Shown one piece after another: positions 51,254 through 62,197 of a stretch of 64,000 bases of DNA. Position numbers and translations under genes: made by a program. The DNA lies in NCBI GenBank assembly GCA_022560735.1, contig JADFSO010000013.1:4851-68850 (forward strand), read 5' to 3'. The notes under the pieces are model-generated. The model made no database searches. It saw only the letters and a list, made by a program, of their open reading frames with translations, and was not told where the DNA came from. Position 1 is the stretch's first letter; each line of letters starts with the position of its first letter. Origin of the DNA: Pseudomonadota bacterium (GTDB lineage: Bacteria > Pseudomonadota > Gammaproteobacteria > Steroidobacterales > MnTg04).

Positions 51254-52420
51254 GTGAGCGCCTTTAATACCCATATCAACGAAGACCTGGATCTGTTGCG
51301 CGATAGCGTGCGCAGATTCGCCGCCGAGGAAATCGCGCCGCGCGCGGCCGAGATCGATCGCAGCAACGAGTTTCCCGCCGACCTTTGGCCCAAACTGGGC
51401 GAACTGGGGCTGCTCGGCATGACCGTAGCCGAGGAATTCGGCGGCTCGGGCATGAGTTACCTCGCGCATGTCGTGGCGATGGAAGAAATATCCCGCGCTT
51501 CGGCCTCCGTCGGCCTGTCCTACGCCGCTCACTCCAATCTTTGCGTCAACAACATCTATCTCAACGCCACCGACGAGCAACGCAGGAAATTCCTGCCAAA
51601 ACTCTGCAGCGGCGAGTGGGTCGGCGCGCTGGCCATGTCGGAAGCGGGCGCCGGATCCGATGTGATCGGATCGATGAGTTGCAAGGCGGAGAAAACCGCC
51701 GGCGGCTGGCTGGCCAACGGCTCGAAAATGTGGATTACCAACGGCCCGGAAGCGCATATTGCGCTGGTCTATATGCGCACCGCGCCCGCCGAACTGGGAT
51801 CGAAATCGGTCAGCGCGTTTATCGTCGAAGCGAGCACCGATGGATTCAGCAAAGCGCAGAAACTGGACAAGCTGGGCATGCGCGGATCCAACACCTGCGA
51901 GCTGGTTTTCGAGGACTGCCTGATTCCGGATGACAACCTGTTGGGCGAGGAGCATGCCGGCACCTATATCCTGATGAGTGGCCTGGATTCGGAACGCCTG
52001 GTCCTGTCGGGCGGTCCGCTCGGCATCATGCAAAACTGCATGGACGAAGTCATGCCCTATATCCATGAACGCAAACAGTTTGGCAAGCCGATCGGTACCT
52101 TCGGCATCATGCAGGGCAAGATCGCCGACATGTACACGGCGTTGCAGTCTGCGCGCGCTTTCACTTACCGCACGGCCGAACAATTCGACCGCGGGCAGCC
52201 GACCCGGCAAGATTCCGCTGCCTGCCTGCTCTACGCGTCCGGGGCCGCGGTCAATGTCGCGCTCGAGGCGATACAGACACTCGGCGGCAACGGTTATATC
52301 AATGAATACCCGACCGGCCGCCTGCTGCGCGATGCGAAACTTTACGAGATCGGCGCCGGTACGACCGAAATACGCCGCCTGCTGATCGGCCGCGAACTGT
52401 ACAAGGCGACCGGGCAATAA
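51254..52420 (+). CDS. liuA: isovaleryl-CoA dehydrogenase
   Basis: 388 aa with a GTG start (AGGAG 13 nt upstream). Acyl-CoA dehydrogenase fold, with C-terminal [19 protein letters not shown]. Sits in liu-cluster context. Confidence 0.9.
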   Translation: MSAFNTHINEDLDLLRDSVRRFAAEEIAPRAAEIDRSNEFPADLWPKLGELGLLGMTVAEEFGGSGMSYLAHVVAMEEISRASASVGLSYAAHSNLCVNNIYLNATDEQRRKFLPKLCSGEWVGALAMSEAGAGSDVIGSMSCKAEKTAGGWLANGSKMWITNGPEAHIALVYMRTAPAELGSKSVSAFIVEASTDGFSKAQKLDKLGMRGSNTCELVFEDCLIPDDNLLGEEHAGTYILMSGLDSERLVLSGGPLGIMQNCMDEVMPYIHERKQFGKPIGTFGIMQGKIADMYTALQSARAFTYRTAEQFDRGQPTRQDSAACLLYASGAAVNVALEAIQTLGGNGYINEYPTGRLLRDAKLYEIGAGTTEIRRLLIGRELYKATGQ

Positions 52421-52466
52421 ATACCAGAAGGCGCTGCTGAACGAGCGCTTCCGAAGGAGACCAGCA

Positions 52467-53648
52467 ATGCCAGATCCAGTGGTAATCGTAGCGGCACGCC
52501 GCACACCCATCGGCAGTTTCCAGGGTGGGCTTGCGCCGTTGAGCGCCGTCGAACTCGGCGCCGCGGCCAATCGTGCGGCGCTGGCGGACAGCACGGTCGC
52601 GGCCGCGGAAATCAGCGAAGTCCTCACCGGTTGCGTATTGCCGGCCGGTCTCGGCCAGGCGCCCGCGAGGCAGGCGGCGCTGGCCGCGGGTTTGCCCGAA
52701 TCGGTCCCCTGTACGACCATCAACAAAGTCTGCGGCTCGGGGATGAAAGCCACACTGCTTGCCCACGACATGATCCGGGCAGGCAGCGCCGATATCGTAC
52801 TCGCCGGCGGCATGGAATCGATGAGCAACGCGCCGTATTTGTTGCCAAAAGCCAGGTCCGGTTACCGCATGGGTCATCAACAAACGCTGGATCACATGTT
52901 TTTCGATGGTCTGCAAAACCCGTATGACGGCAACATGATGGGTCACTTTGCGGAGCTGTGCGTCGACAAATATGGCTTTACGCGGGAGGAGCAGGATGCG
53001 TACACGATCGAATCGGTGACCCGCGCGCTGGCCGCCGTGGAAGCCGGGCGCTTTCGCGATGAAATCACGCCGCTGACGATCAAGACGCGCAAGGGCGAGA
53101 CCATCGTCGAAAATGATGAAGAACCCTTTAACTGTGACCGCGAAAAAATTCCCACGCTGCGGCCGGCGTTCAAGCGCGATGGCGGCACCGTCACCGCGGC
53201 CAGCTCATCGTCGATTTCCGATGGCGCGGCTGCACTGGTGCTGATGGCCGCGTCCGCGGCCAAAAGACGCGGGCTGGAACCGCTGGCGAGCATCGTCGGT
53301 CACGGCGGCTTTGCCCATGCGCCCGAATGGTTTACCACCGCACCGCTTAGCGCGATCGCGAGTCTGCACGACAAGATCGGCTGGCGGATCGAGGACGTGG
53401 ATCTGTTCGAAATCAACGAAGCGTTCGCCTGTGTCGCGATGGCGGCGATCAAGGAGCTGGGCGTCCCGCACGCAAAACTCAACGTCAACGGCGGCGCCTG
53501 CGCGCTGGGCCACCCGATCGGCGCGACCGGCGCCAGGATCATCGTCACGCTGGTCCATGCCTTGCGCGATCGCGGTCTCAAACGCGGTATCGCGGCCTTG
53601 TGTATCGGCGGTGGCGAAGCCACGGCTATCGCGGTCGAACTGCCCTGA
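52467..53648 (+). CDS. acetyl-CoA C-acetyltransferase (thiolase II)
   Basis: 393 aa. Active-site NKVCGSGMKA and C-terminal NVNGGACALGHPIGATG, CIGGGEA. Confidence 0.93.
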   Translation: MPDPVVIVAARRTPIGSFQGGLAPLSAVELGAAANRAALADSTVAAAEISEVLTGCVLPAGLGQAPARQAALAAGLPESVPCTTINKVCGSGMKATLLAHDMIRAGSADIVLAGGMESMSNAPYLLPKARSGYRMGHQQTLDHMFFDGLQNPYDGNMMGHFAELCVDKYGFTREEQDAYTIESVTRALAAVEAGRFRDEITPLTIKTRKGETIVENDEEPFNCDREKIPTLRPAFKRDGGTVTAASSSSISDGAAALVLMAASAAKRRGLEPLASIVGHGGFAHAPEWFTTAPLSAIASLHDKIGWRIEDVDLFEINEAFACVAMAAIKELGVPHAKLNVNGGACALGHPIGATGARIIVTLVHALRDRGLKRGIAALCIGGGEATAIAVELP

Positions 53649-53669
53649 TACCGGCGGCGTCGCTGATCC

Positions 53670-55280
53670 ATGCCCGTCATCAAAAGCAAGATCGATACCA
53701 GCAGCCAGGTTTTCAAAGCCAACCGGGAGGCGATGCTGGCGCAGGTCGGCGATCTGCAGGCCACCTGCGAAAAAATTGCGCTGGGCGGTAGCGAAAGAGC
53801 CAGGAAAAAACACCTCGAGCGCGGCAAACTCCTGCCCCGCCAACGGATCGAGGCCCTGCTGGATGAAGGCTCGGCATTCCTCGAACTGTCACAGTTGGCT
53901 GCCTATGGGCAGTACGACGACCAGGCTCCGTGCGCGGGGCTGATCACCGGTATCGGCCGGGTCAGTGGCCATGAAGTGGTGGTGGTGGCCAATGACGCGA
54001 CCGTCAAGGGCGGTACCTATTACCCGATGACCGTAAAAAAACACCTGCGCGCCCAGGAAATCGCGCTGGAAAACAGGCTGCCTTGCATTTACCTGGTGGA
54101 CTCCGGTGGCGCCTTCTTACCCAAGCAGGATGAAGTTTTTCCCGATCGCGATCATTTTGGCCGGATTTTTTATAACCAGGCGCAATTATCGGCCCGCGGA
54201 ATACCGCAGATCGCGGTCGTGCTCGGATCGTGTACCGCCGGTGGCGCCTATGTGCCGGCCATGTGTGACGAAGCGATTATCGTGCGCAACCAGGGCACGA
54301 TTTTTCTGGCCGGGCCACCACTGGTCAAGGCGGCAACCGGCGAAATCGTCGATGCGGAAGAGCTCGGCGGCGGCGATGTGCACACCCGGATTTCGGGTGT
54401 GACCGATTATCTTGCGGATGACGACGGCCACGCCCTGGCGATGGCCAGGGACATCGTCGGCAGCCTGAACCGGATCAAATGCCATGGCCTGCAGACCCGC
54501 GAAGTCGCCGAGCCGCGTTACGACGCGGAGGAAATTTACGGCATCATCCCGACCGATACGCGTTACCCCTACGACATCCGGGAAGTCATCGCGCGATTGG
54601 TGGACGCTTCCGAATTCCAGGAATTCAAGGCCCTGTATGGAAAATCGCTGGTCTGCGGTTTTGCCCATCTGCATGGCTACCCGATCGGCATCGTCGCCAA
54701 CAACGGCATCCTGTTTTCCGAATCGGCGCTCAAGGGCGCGCATTTCATCCAGCTTTGCAACCGCCGGCGCATCCCGCTGGTGTTCCTGCAGAACATCACC
54801 GGTTTTATGGTCGGCAAGAAATACGAACACGCCGGTATCGCCAAGGATGGTGCAAAAATGGTCAATGCGGTCGCCTGTGCGACGGTGCCAAAATTCACCG
54901 TCATTATCGGCGGCAGTTTTGGCGCCGGCAATTACGCGATGTGCGGCCGCGCCTATGGCGGGCGCTTCCTGTGGATGTGGCCAAACGCGCGGATCTCGGT
55001 CATGGGCGGCGAGCAGGCCGCCGGCGTGCTGGCGAGTGTGAAACGCGATGGCATGGAACGCCGCGGCGAGAAATGGGCCGAACGAGACGAGGCAGATTTC
55101 AAGCAGCAGATCGCGGCCCAGTACGAAAGCCAGGGCCATCCTTATTACGCGAGCTCGAGACTGTGGGACGACGGCGTCATCGACCCGCTCGATACGCGGC
55201 GGGTACTCGGGCTGGCCATCTCGGCGGCCCTCAATGCGCCGATCGGCGCCGATGACGGCTACGCAATTTTCCGGATGTGA
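53670..55280 (+). CDS. liuB: methylcrotonyl-CoA carboxylase, carboxyltransferase (beta) subunit
   Basis: 536 aa carboxyltransferase domain protein, placed between liuA and liuC as in liu/mcc clusters. Confidence 0.92.
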   Translation: MPVIKSKIDTSSQVFKANREAMLAQVGDLQATCEKIALGGSERARKKHLERGKLLPRQRIEALLDEGSAFLELSQLAAYGQYDDQAPCAGLITGIGRVSGHEVVVVANDATVKGGTYYPMTVKKHLRAQEIALENRLPCIYLVDSGGAFLPKQDEVFPDRDHFGRIFYNQAQLSARGIPQIAVVLGSCTAGGAYVPAMCDEAIIVRNQGTIFLAGPPLVKAATGEIVDAEELGGGDVHTRISGVTDYLADDDGHALAMARDIVGSLNRIKCHGLQTREVAEPRYDAEEIYGIIPTDTRYPYDIREVIARLVDASEFQEFKALYGKSLVCGFAHLHGYPIGIVANNGILFSESALKGAHFIQLCNRRRIPLVFLQNITGFMVGKKYEHAGIAKDGAKMVNAVACATVPKFTVIIGGSFGAGNYAMCGRAYGGRFLWMWPNARISVMGGEQAAGVLASVKRDGMERRGEKWAERDEADFKQQIAAQYESQGHPYYASSRLWDDGVIDPLDTRRVLGLAISAALNAPIGADDGYAIFRM

Positions 55281-56089
55281 CGGCGATGCCCGGGCAGACC
55301 AGCATACTCAAAAGCATCGACGATCGTGGCGTGTTGACGCTGACGCTGAATCGACCACGGCTGCACAATGCTTTCGACGATGCGCTGATCGGGGAACTGA
55401 GCGGCGAATTGCTCGCTGCAAACCGCGACGAGTCGGTCAAGGTCGTGATCCTGACCGGCGCGGGCAAGTCCTTCAGCGCGGGTGGCGATCTGAACTGGAT
55501 GCGCTCGATGGCGGCGCTCGACGAAGCGGAAAACATCGCGGACGCGCTGGCGCTGGCCGAAATGCTCAGCCTATTGAATGGCCTCGACAAACCCACCATT
55601 GCCAGGGTCAATGGGCACGCCTTCGGTGGCGGCGTGGGGTTGCTCGCATGCTGCGATATCGCGATTGCGGCCGATCACGTCAAGATGGCGCTGACCGAGG
55701 TTCGCCTGGGGCTGATTCCGGCCGTGATCTCGCCATACGTCATCGCGGCGATCGGCCCGCGCCAGGCGCGGCGGCTGTTCCTGACCGCACAGACGATCGA
55801 TGCCGCGGAAGCCAGGTCGTGCGGCCTGGTTCACCTGTGCACGCCGGCGGATCGGCTCGACGAGGCCGTGGCAACGCAGGTGCGCATGTTGCTCAAAGGC
55901 GGCCCGCTGGCGCTGGCGGCATGCAAGTCGCTGATCGGGGAAGTGGCCGGTGCAGGCCGGGACGGCGCGCCAAACCTGAAACGCCGCACGGCCGAGATCA
56001 TCGCGCGGCTTCGGGTTTCCGCCGAGGGTCAGGAAGGCCTGTCGGCTTTCCTGGAAAAAAGACCGGCGCGCTGGGATGCGGAAAAATAA
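55277..56089 (+). CDS. liuC: methylglutaconyl-CoA hydratase (crotonase family)
   Basis: 270 aa. Crotonase signature [12 protein letters not shown] and GHAFGGG. GTG 55277 overlaps the liuB stop; ATG 55286 is an alternative start. Confidence 0.88.
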   Translation: MTAMPGQTSILKSIDDRGVLTLTLNRPRLHNAFDDALIGELSGELLAANRDESVKVVILTGAGKSFSAGGDLNWMRSMAALDEAENIADALALAEMLSLLNGLDKPTIARVNGHAFGGGVGLLACCDIAIAADHVKMALTEVRLGLIPAVISPYVIAAIGPRQARRLFLTAQTIDAAEARSCGLVHLCTPADRLDEAVATQVRMLLKGGPLALAACKSLIGEVAGAGRDGAPNLKRRTAEIIARLRVSAEGQEGLSAFLEKRPARWDAEK

Positions 56090-56092
56090 TCG

Positions 56093-58138
56093 ATGATCAG
56101 CCGCCTGCTCATCGCCAATCGTGGCGAGATCGCCTGTCGCATTATCCGTAGCTGCAATCGCCTGGGCATCGCGACGATCGCCGTTTTTTCGGCGGCGGAC
56201 CGGCGGGCGCTGCATGTGCGGATGGCCGACGAGTCGGTTCATATCGGCGCCGCCCCCGCCGCCGATTCCTATCTGAATATTCAAGCCCTGCTCGCCGCAG
56301 CCAAAGCCAGCCGGGCCGACGCGATCCATCCCGGTTATGGATTCCTCTCGGAGAATGCGGAATTTGCGCGTGAGTGCAAAAAGAACGGCCTGATTTTCGT
56401 CGGGCCGGACGCGGAAACCATCGCCAGCATGGGCAACAAGGATGTCGCAAAAACGATCATGGAAAAAGCCGGTGTCCCGGTGGTCCCTGGTTATCATGGC
56501 GCGCTACAGACCGACCAGGAACTGCAAAAAGCAGCCCGGCGCATCGGTTGGCCGGTCATGATCAAACCCTGTGCCGGTGGCGGCGGCAAAGGCATGCGCA
56601 TCGTCCGCGAAGAAAGCGCGTTTACTGAAGCGTTGCACGCCGCACGCCGGGAGGCGCTGAGCAGCTTTGGCGACGAGCGCGTGCTGCTCGAGAAATTCCT
56701 GGAAAACCCCCGCCACGTCGAAGTCCAGATTTTTGCGGATCGGCATGACAATGTCGTGCATTTGTTCGAACGCGAGTGTTCGATACAACGCCGCTATCAG
56801 AAAATAATCGAAGAAGCGCCCTGCCCCTCGGTGGCCGGCGATATGCGCAGGGAAATGACCGCCGCCGCAATAACCGCCGCGCGCGCGGTCGGCTACCAGA
56901 ACGCCGGCACCGTCGAATTCATTCTCGATCGGGATGGCCGGTTCTTTTTCATGGAAATGAATACCCGTTTGCAGGTCGAACACCCGGTCACCGAGATGAT
57001 TACCGGCCTGGACCTGGTCGAATGGCAACTGCGCGTCGCCAGCGGTGAAAAGCTGCCGCTGACCCAGGAGCAAATCAGCTGCAACGGACATGCCATCGAA
57101 GTTCGCATTTATGCCGAAAACCCGTACCGCGATTTTCTGCCTGCCACCGGCACCGTGACCGCCTTCGTCCATCCGCCACCGGAAAATGGCTTGCGCGTCG
57201 ATAGCGGGATTGGCGATGGCGACGAGGTCGGCATTCATTACGACCCGTTGCAGGCCAAGCTGATCGTGCATGACAAGTCCCGCCGTGCGGCGACCAAGAA
57301 ACTGCAAGCCGTTTTGCAACGCACCGCCCTGTTCGGCGTCAGCAACAACCTGCCCCTGCTCCGCGGCATTGCGGCGTCGGAGATTTTTGCCAGCGCCGGC
57401 ATGGACACCGGCTTCCTGGACCAGCACCTGGCCGAGGTATTGCCAGACCAGACCACGCCGCCGGCGATACTCGCGATCGCGGCCGTCGTTGCACTCAAAG
57501 AGCGAAATATCGCCGCGAGGAATGCCGGAGTGGATGCCGGCCAGGATACCGGCTCACCGTGGCGCAAAGCGGACGCCTGGCGCCTGGGGGGCACCGCCGG
57601 TTCGTTGCTGCGTTTTCACGATGCCAACGGGCCCGGCACCGGCATTCGTGTCATGCCCGCCGATTCCTCACAAAGCCATTGCTGCCATTTCACCGACGAT
57701 CGCCTTACGCTGAACGTCGTCGAGATCACCAGGCCGGCTGAGCCGAACCCGGATTGGCGGGAACTGGCCTGGCAGGTCGATGGACAGGAGATCACGACCT
57801 CGATCATCTGCCGCGATCCATGGCTGCAACTTTGTGCCGATGGCCAGTGCCATGAACTGCGGCGTCTGAATCCGTACCTGTCGGACAAAGAAAGCGCGGA
57901 TGAGGATGCTCACCCTGGCTCGCCGTTACCGGGTAAAATTGTTTCCTTGCTGGTCGCCGAAGGCGACCGGGTCGAAACGGGCGACAAACTGCTGGTGCTC
58001 GAGGGAATGAAAATGGAATACACGCTGCTTGCCCGTACCGCCGGCACGGTCGAGAAAATACTTTACCGTGAAGGCGATATCGTCGAGGCGGAGGTCGCGC
58101 TGATCGATATCCTGGCCGATGAGGCAGCCATTGAATAA
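56093..58138 (+). CDS. liuD: methylcrotonyl-CoA carboxylase, biotin-carboxylase/BCCP (alpha) subunit
   Basis: 681 aa. MISRLLIANRGEIACRIIR start, ATP-grasp domain, and C-terminal biotinyl-lysine motif LEGMKME. Confidence 0.94.
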   Translation: MISRLLIANRGEIACRIIRSCNRLGIATIAVFSAADRRALHVRMADESVHIGAAPAADSYLNIQALLAAAKASRADAIHPGYGFLSENAEFARECKKNGLIFVGPDAETIASMGNKDVAKTIMEKAGVPVVPGYHGALQTDQELQKAARRIGWPVMIKPCAGGGGKGMRIVREESAFTEALHAARREALSSFGDERVLLEKFLENPRHVEVQIFADRHDNVVHLFERECSIQRRYQKIIEEAPCPSVAGDMRREMTAAAITAARAVGYQNAGTVEFILDRDGRFFFMEMNTRLQVEHPVTEMITGLDLVEWQLRVASGEKLPLTQEQISCNGHAIEVRIYAENPYRDFLPATGTVTAFVHPPPENGLRVDSGIGDGDEVGIHYDPLQAKLIVHDKSRRAATKKLQAVLQRTALFGVSNNLPLLRGIAASEIFASAGMDTGFLDQHLAEVLPDQTTPPAILAIAAVVALKERNIAARNAGVDAGQDTGSPWRKADAWRLGGTAGSLLRFHDANGPGTGIRVMPADSSQSHCCHFTDDRLTLNVVEITRPAEPNPDWRELAWQVDGQEITTSIICRDPWLQLCADGQCHELRRLNPYLSDKESADEDAHPGSPLPGKIVSLLVAEGDRVETGDKLLVLEGMKMEYTLLARTAGTVEKILYREGDIVEAEVALIDILADEAAIE

Positions 58139-59039
58139 TTTCCCGGAATCGGTTCGCGTCGTCGAAGTCTCGGCCCGCGATGGTCTGCAAAACGAGAAAC
58201 AGGCATTGCCGGCAACCGTCAAGATCGAGTTGATCGACCGGCTCGGTGCGTGCGGCCTGTCGACCATCGAAGTCAGCAGTTTTGTCAGCCCGCGCTGGGT
58301 TCCGCAACTTGCCGATGCCGCCGAGGTCATGGCCGGCATCAGCAAAAAGCCCGCCGTCCGCTACCCGGTACTGGTGCCAAACACACAGGGGATGCAACGC
58401 GCCATCGCCGCCGGCGCCGGCGAGGTGGCCGTATTTGCCGCCGCATCGGAATCCTTCAGCCTGAAGAACAGCAATGCCGGTATAGCAGAATCGTTACAAA
58501 GAATCGAAGCGGTGATGGGCCTGGCAAAAGAAAACGGGATCCCGGTTCGTGGCTACCTGTCCTGCGTACTCGGCTGCCCGTACGAGGGCGAGATCGGCGC
58601 GTCGGTGGTGGCAGGACTCGCGGAACGCCTGGCCGGCATGGGTTGTTATGAAATTTCGCTCGGCGATACCATCGGTGCGGGTACCCCGCTCGCCGCCCGG
58701 GACATGCTGGCCACCGTCGCCGAAAAAGTCAGCATCGACAAGCTGGCGATTCATTTCCACGATACCCGCGGCCAGGCGCTGGCGAGTATTTTTGCGTGTC
58801 TCGAACTGGGGGTGTCGGTCATCGATGCATCCGTTGCCGGTCTCGGCGGCTGTCCGTACGCCAAGGACGCGAGCGGCAACGTCGCCACCGAGGACCTGGT
58901 TTACCTGCTGCATGGCATGGCGATTCGGACGGGTATCGATCTCGATGCGCTCACCGATGCCGGGCTTTTTATTTGCCGGCACCTGGACAGGATGCCCGGC
59001 AGCCGTCTCGGTCAGATAGCCTGGCGGCAACAAAATTAA
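58119..59039 (+). CDS. liuE: hydroxymethylglutaryl-CoA lyase
   Basis: 306 aa. VEVSARDGLQNE motif and TIM-barrel HMGL-like fold. Start overlaps liuD by 20 nt. Confidence 0.93.
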   Translation: MRQPLNNFPESVRVVEVSARDGLQNEKQALPATVKIELIDRLGACGLSTIEVSSFVSPRWVPQLADAAEVMAGISKKPAVRYPVLVPNTQGMQRAIAAGAGEVAVFAAASESFSLKNSNAGIAESLQRIEAVMGLAKENGIPVRGYLSCVLGCPYEGEIGASVVAGLAERLAGMGCYEISLGDTIGAGTPLAARDMLATVAEKVSIDKLAIHFHDTRGQALASIFACLELGVSVIDASVAGLGGCPYAKDASGNVATEDLVYLLHGMAIRTGIDLDALTDAGLFICRHLDRMPGSRLGQIAWRQQN

Positions 59040-59065
59040 TCACAGAAACCTGCACGGGAACAAAT

Positions 59066-59833
59066 ATGCAAATCAGTAGAGCAAAGGCGATAGTCACCGG
59101 TGGCGCCTCGGGTCTGGGTCTGGCCACCGCCACAAAAATAGTCGCCGCCGGCGGCCAGGTCACGTTGTTCGATATCAACCAGGAACAAGGCGATAAGGCG
59201 GCCGGTGAACTGGGTGCGGCGTGCGCGTTCGTCACGACCGATGTCAGTTCAGAAGAAGCGGTCAACAATGGCGTGGCACAGGCAGCCCAGACCATGCATG
59301 GCGTCAATATGCTGGTCAACTGCGCGGGCATACTCGGGGCCGGCCGGGTCCTGGGCCGCGATGGCCCGATGGCGGGCGAACTGTTCAGCAAGGTCATCCA
59401 GGTTAATCTTATAGGCTCGTTCCTGATGACCAAGGCCGCCGCGGATGTCATGCAGCACAATGAGCCGGACGCAGAAGGCGAGCGTGGCGTGATTATCAGC
59501 ACGGCCTCGGTCGCCGCCTTCGAAGGCCAGATAGGCCAGGCGGCATATGCGGCCTCGAAAGCCGGTGTCGCCGGCATGGCGCTGCCGATCGCCAGGGAGT
59601 TTTCGCGTATCGGCGTGCGGGTGATGACCATTGCACCGGGGATATTCATGACCCCGATGATGGCAGGAATGCCCGATGCGGTTCAGCAGTCGCTGGCCGC
59701 GCAAGTGCCCTTTCCACCGCGCCTGGGCAGACCCGATGAATTTGCCGACCTGGTTGTTTATATTTACTCCAACACGATGCTGAACGGCGAAACCATCCGG
59801 CTCGATGGCGCGATCCGGATGCAGGCAAAGTAA
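59066..59833 (+). CDS. short-chain dehydrogenase, 3-hydroxyacyl-CoA (3-hydroxy-2-methylbutyryl-CoA) dehydrogenase type
   Basis: Track ORF trimmed to ATG 59066 (MQISRAKAIVTGGASGLGLATA). Has the YAASKAG catalytic YxxxK. Resembles HSD17B10-type enzymes. Confidence 0.8.
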   Translation: MQISRAKAIVTGGASGLGLATATKIVAAGGQVTLFDINQEQGDKAAGELGAACAFVTTDVSSEEAVNNGVAQAAQTMHGVNMLVNCAGILGAGRVLGRDGPMAGELFSKVIQVNLIGSFLMTKAAADVMQHNEPDAEGERGVIISTASVAAFEGQIGQAAYAASKAGVAGMALPIAREFSRIGVRVMTIAPGIFMTPMMAGMPDAVQQSLAAQVPFPPRLGRPDEFADLVVYIYSNTMLNGETIRLDGAIRMQAK

Positions 59834-59843
59834 AGCCGGAAAT

Positions 59844-61445
59844 ATGGCAACACCGCGCGACATCATGGAATACGACGTGGCGATCGTTGGCGCCGGCCCG
59901 GCCGGGCTCGCCTGCGCGCTGCGCCTGAAACAGCAAAAACCGGAACTCGGTGTCTGTGTCCTCGAAAAAGGCGCCGAAGCCGGTGCGCACCTGCTATCGG
60001 GCGCCATCCTCGAACCCGCGGCCCTCGATGAATTGCTGCCGGAATGGCGGCAGGAATTTACCGCGACCTGCGTGCCGGCTAGCCGGGACAAGTTCGTGCT
60101 GTTGACCAGAAAGCGCAGGATACCGCTGCCGCTGCCGCCGCAAATGAACAACCACGGCAACTTCATCGTGTCGTTGAATCAACTAGGCGCCTGGCTGGCG
60201 GAGAAGGCCGAGGCGCTGGGCGTCGATATTTTCCCGGGCTTCGCCGGCGATGAATTGCTCTATGGCCCCGACGACCGCGTGATTGGCGTCAGGGTCGGCG
60301 ACATGGGCCGTCAGGCCGATGGTTCCGAAGGACCCAACTTCGCAGCGGGCGTCGATATTCATAGCCGGCTGACCGTGCTGGCCGAGGGTTGCCGCGGCAG
60401 CCTGGCCAAAGGATTGATCGCAAAGTTTGCGCTGGACCGCGACTGCGACCCACAGACTTACGGCCTGGGGTTCAAGGAGCTCTGGCAACTGCCCGATGGC
60501 CGCGGCAAACCCGGCCATATTCTGCATAGCGTCGGCTGGCCGCTGGATGGCGGCGTCTATGGCGGCAGTTTCGTTTATCACCTCGATGCGGACCGGGTCT
60601 ATGTCGGCTTCGTCATCGGGCTCGATTACCGGGACCCGGAGTTTGCCCCCTTCGAGGCGTTTCAGCAGTTCAAGCACCACCCGATGATGAGAAAACTGCT
60701 CGCCGGCGCGGAACTGGTCTCGGCCGGCGCCCGCGCCATCGTCGAAGGCGGCTGGCAATCCATGCCGCGCCTGGAAACGCCGGGCGCGCTGCTGGTCGGC
60801 GACGCCGGCGGCATGTTGAACGTGCCAAAAATCAAGGGGATTCACCTGGCCCTGCGCAGCGGCATGCTGGCGGCCCGGCACTTCGTCGAGCGTGGCGACA
60901 GCCAGGGCTTCGACGCCCGCTTCAGACATTCGCCGGCCGGCCTGGAACTCAAAAAAGTCAGGAACATCCGACCGGGCTTCCGCCACGGTTTTTGGGCCGG
61001 CCTGGCCAATGCCGCGCTGGAGACGGTGACCGCGGGGCGGTTGCCTTACACCCTGAGAAATCACGCTGACCACAGCGCATTGCAAAAACTGGCTGAGTAC
61101 AAGTCGCCGGATCGCGGCTGGGTCAAACGCGAACTGCCGCCGCGCGACCGGCTGGCGTCGGTTTATTTCTCGGCGACCGATCACGATGAGAACCAGCCCG
61201 TGCATCTGCATGTCGCGGACACCGATATATGCGTGACCCGTTGCGCCGAGGAATTCGGCAATCCGTGTACCCGGTTTTGCCCGGTCGGCGTCTACGAGAT
61301 CGTCAGCGACGAGGCGGGCAAGCGCCTGCAAATCAACGCGGCGAATTGCGTCCATTGCAAGGCCTGCGATATCAAGGACCCGTATGGCATTATCGACTGG
61401 GTGACGCCGGAAGGCGGCTCAGGACCCAATTACCCAGGCCTGTGA
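59844..61445 (+). CDS. electron-transfer flavoprotein:ubiquinone oxidoreductase
   Basis: ATG 59844 (MATPRDIMEYDVAIVGAGPAGLACA). C-terminal 4Fe-4S motif CVHCKACDIKDP. Confidence 0.93.
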   Translation: MATPRDIMEYDVAIVGAGPAGLACALRLKQQKPELGVCVLEKGAEAGAHLLSGAILEPAALDELLPEWRQEFTATCVPASRDKFVLLTRKRRIPLPLPPQMNNHGNFIVSLNQLGAWLAEKAEALGVDIFPGFAGDELLYGPDDRVIGVRVGDMGRQADGSEGPNFAAGVDIHSRLTVLAEGCRGSLAKGLIAKFALDRDCDPQTYGLGFKELWQLPDGRGKPGHILHSVGWPLDGGVYGGSFVYHLDADRVYVGFVIGLDYRDPEFAPFEAFQQFKHHPMMRKLLAGAELVSAGARAIVEGGWQSMPRLETPGALLVGDAGGMLNVPKIKGIHLALRSGMLAARHFVERGDSQGFDARFRHSPAGLELKKVRNIRPGFRHGFWAGLANAALETVTAGRLPYTLRNHADHSALQKLAEYKSPDRGWVKRELPPRDRLASVYFSATDHDENQPVHLHVADTDICVTRCAEEFGNPCTRFCPVGVYEIVSDEAGKRLQINAANCVHCKACDIKDPYGIIDWVTPEGGSGPNYPGL

Positions 61446-61478
61446 ACATTCGCAGGCAAACACCAGGAGAGCCCGCCG

Positions 61479-62180
61479 ATGGCCGGATTTAACAAGGTAG
61501 TCGCCTCATACGATGAAGCCCTCGCGGGTCTGAGCGATGGCATGACGGTCATGGTCGGCGGCTTCGGCCTGTGCGGCATCCCCGAAGGCCTGATCCAGAA
61601 GGTCAAGGACATGGGGGTCAGGGAACTTACCTGTATTTCGAACAATGCCGGTGTCGATGGTTTCGCGCTCGGCAAGTGGCTCGAGGGCCGCCAGATCAAA
61701 ACCATGATCGGCTCTTATGTCGGCGAAAACGCCTTGTTCGAGAAATTGTTCCTATCGGGAGAAATGGAAGTCATCCTGACGCCGCAAGGCACGCTGGCGG
61801 AAAAAATTCGTGCCGGCGGCGCCGGGATACCCGCTTTTTATACCGCGACCGGTTATGGCACGGATGTCGCCAAGGGTAAGGACACCCGCGAATTCCACGG
61901 GCGCAATTATGTACTCGAGGAATCGCTGACCGCCGACTATGCGCTGGTCAAGGCGTGGAAGGCGGACACCATGGGCAACCTCGTCTATAGAATGACGGCG
62001 CAGAATTTCAACCCGATGATGGCGACCGCCGGCCGGATCACGGTGGCGGAAGTCGAGGAAATCGTCGAACCGGGCGAACTGGACCCGGAACACATCCATA
62101 CGCCGGGAATCTTCGTCCAGCGCCTGATCAAAGGTACGTTCGAGAAACGCATCGAACAACGCACCATCCGCAGCGCCTAA
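61479..62180 (+). CDS. scoA: 3-oxoacid (succinyl-CoA:acetoacetate) CoA-transferase subunit A
   Basis: 233 aa. [12 protein letters not shown] motif. Confidence 0.92.
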   Translation: MAGFNKVVASYDEALAGLSDGMTVMVGGFGLCGIPEGLIQKVKDMGVRELTCISNNAGVDGFALGKWLEGRQIKTMIGSYVGENALFEKLFLSGEMEVILTPQGTLAEKIRAGGAGIPAFYTATGYGTDVAKGKDTREFHGRNYVLEESLTADYALVKAWKADTMGNLVYRMTAQNFNPMMATAGRITVAEVEEIVEPGELDPEHIHTPGIFVQRLIKGTFEKRIEQRTIRSA

Positions 62181-62197
62181 AGACCGAGGAACAAACA

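Noticed and set aside
51131-52828. 565-aa minus-strand ORF over liuA and the thiolase start. Similar long antisense ORFs occur at 44025..45392, 46357..47811, 47872..49167, 53205..53843, 54186..55139, 56504..57427, 60183..61355 and 21..644.
   Set aside because: All are antisense to genes with strong family motifs. They are GC-skew artefacts, not overlapping genes.
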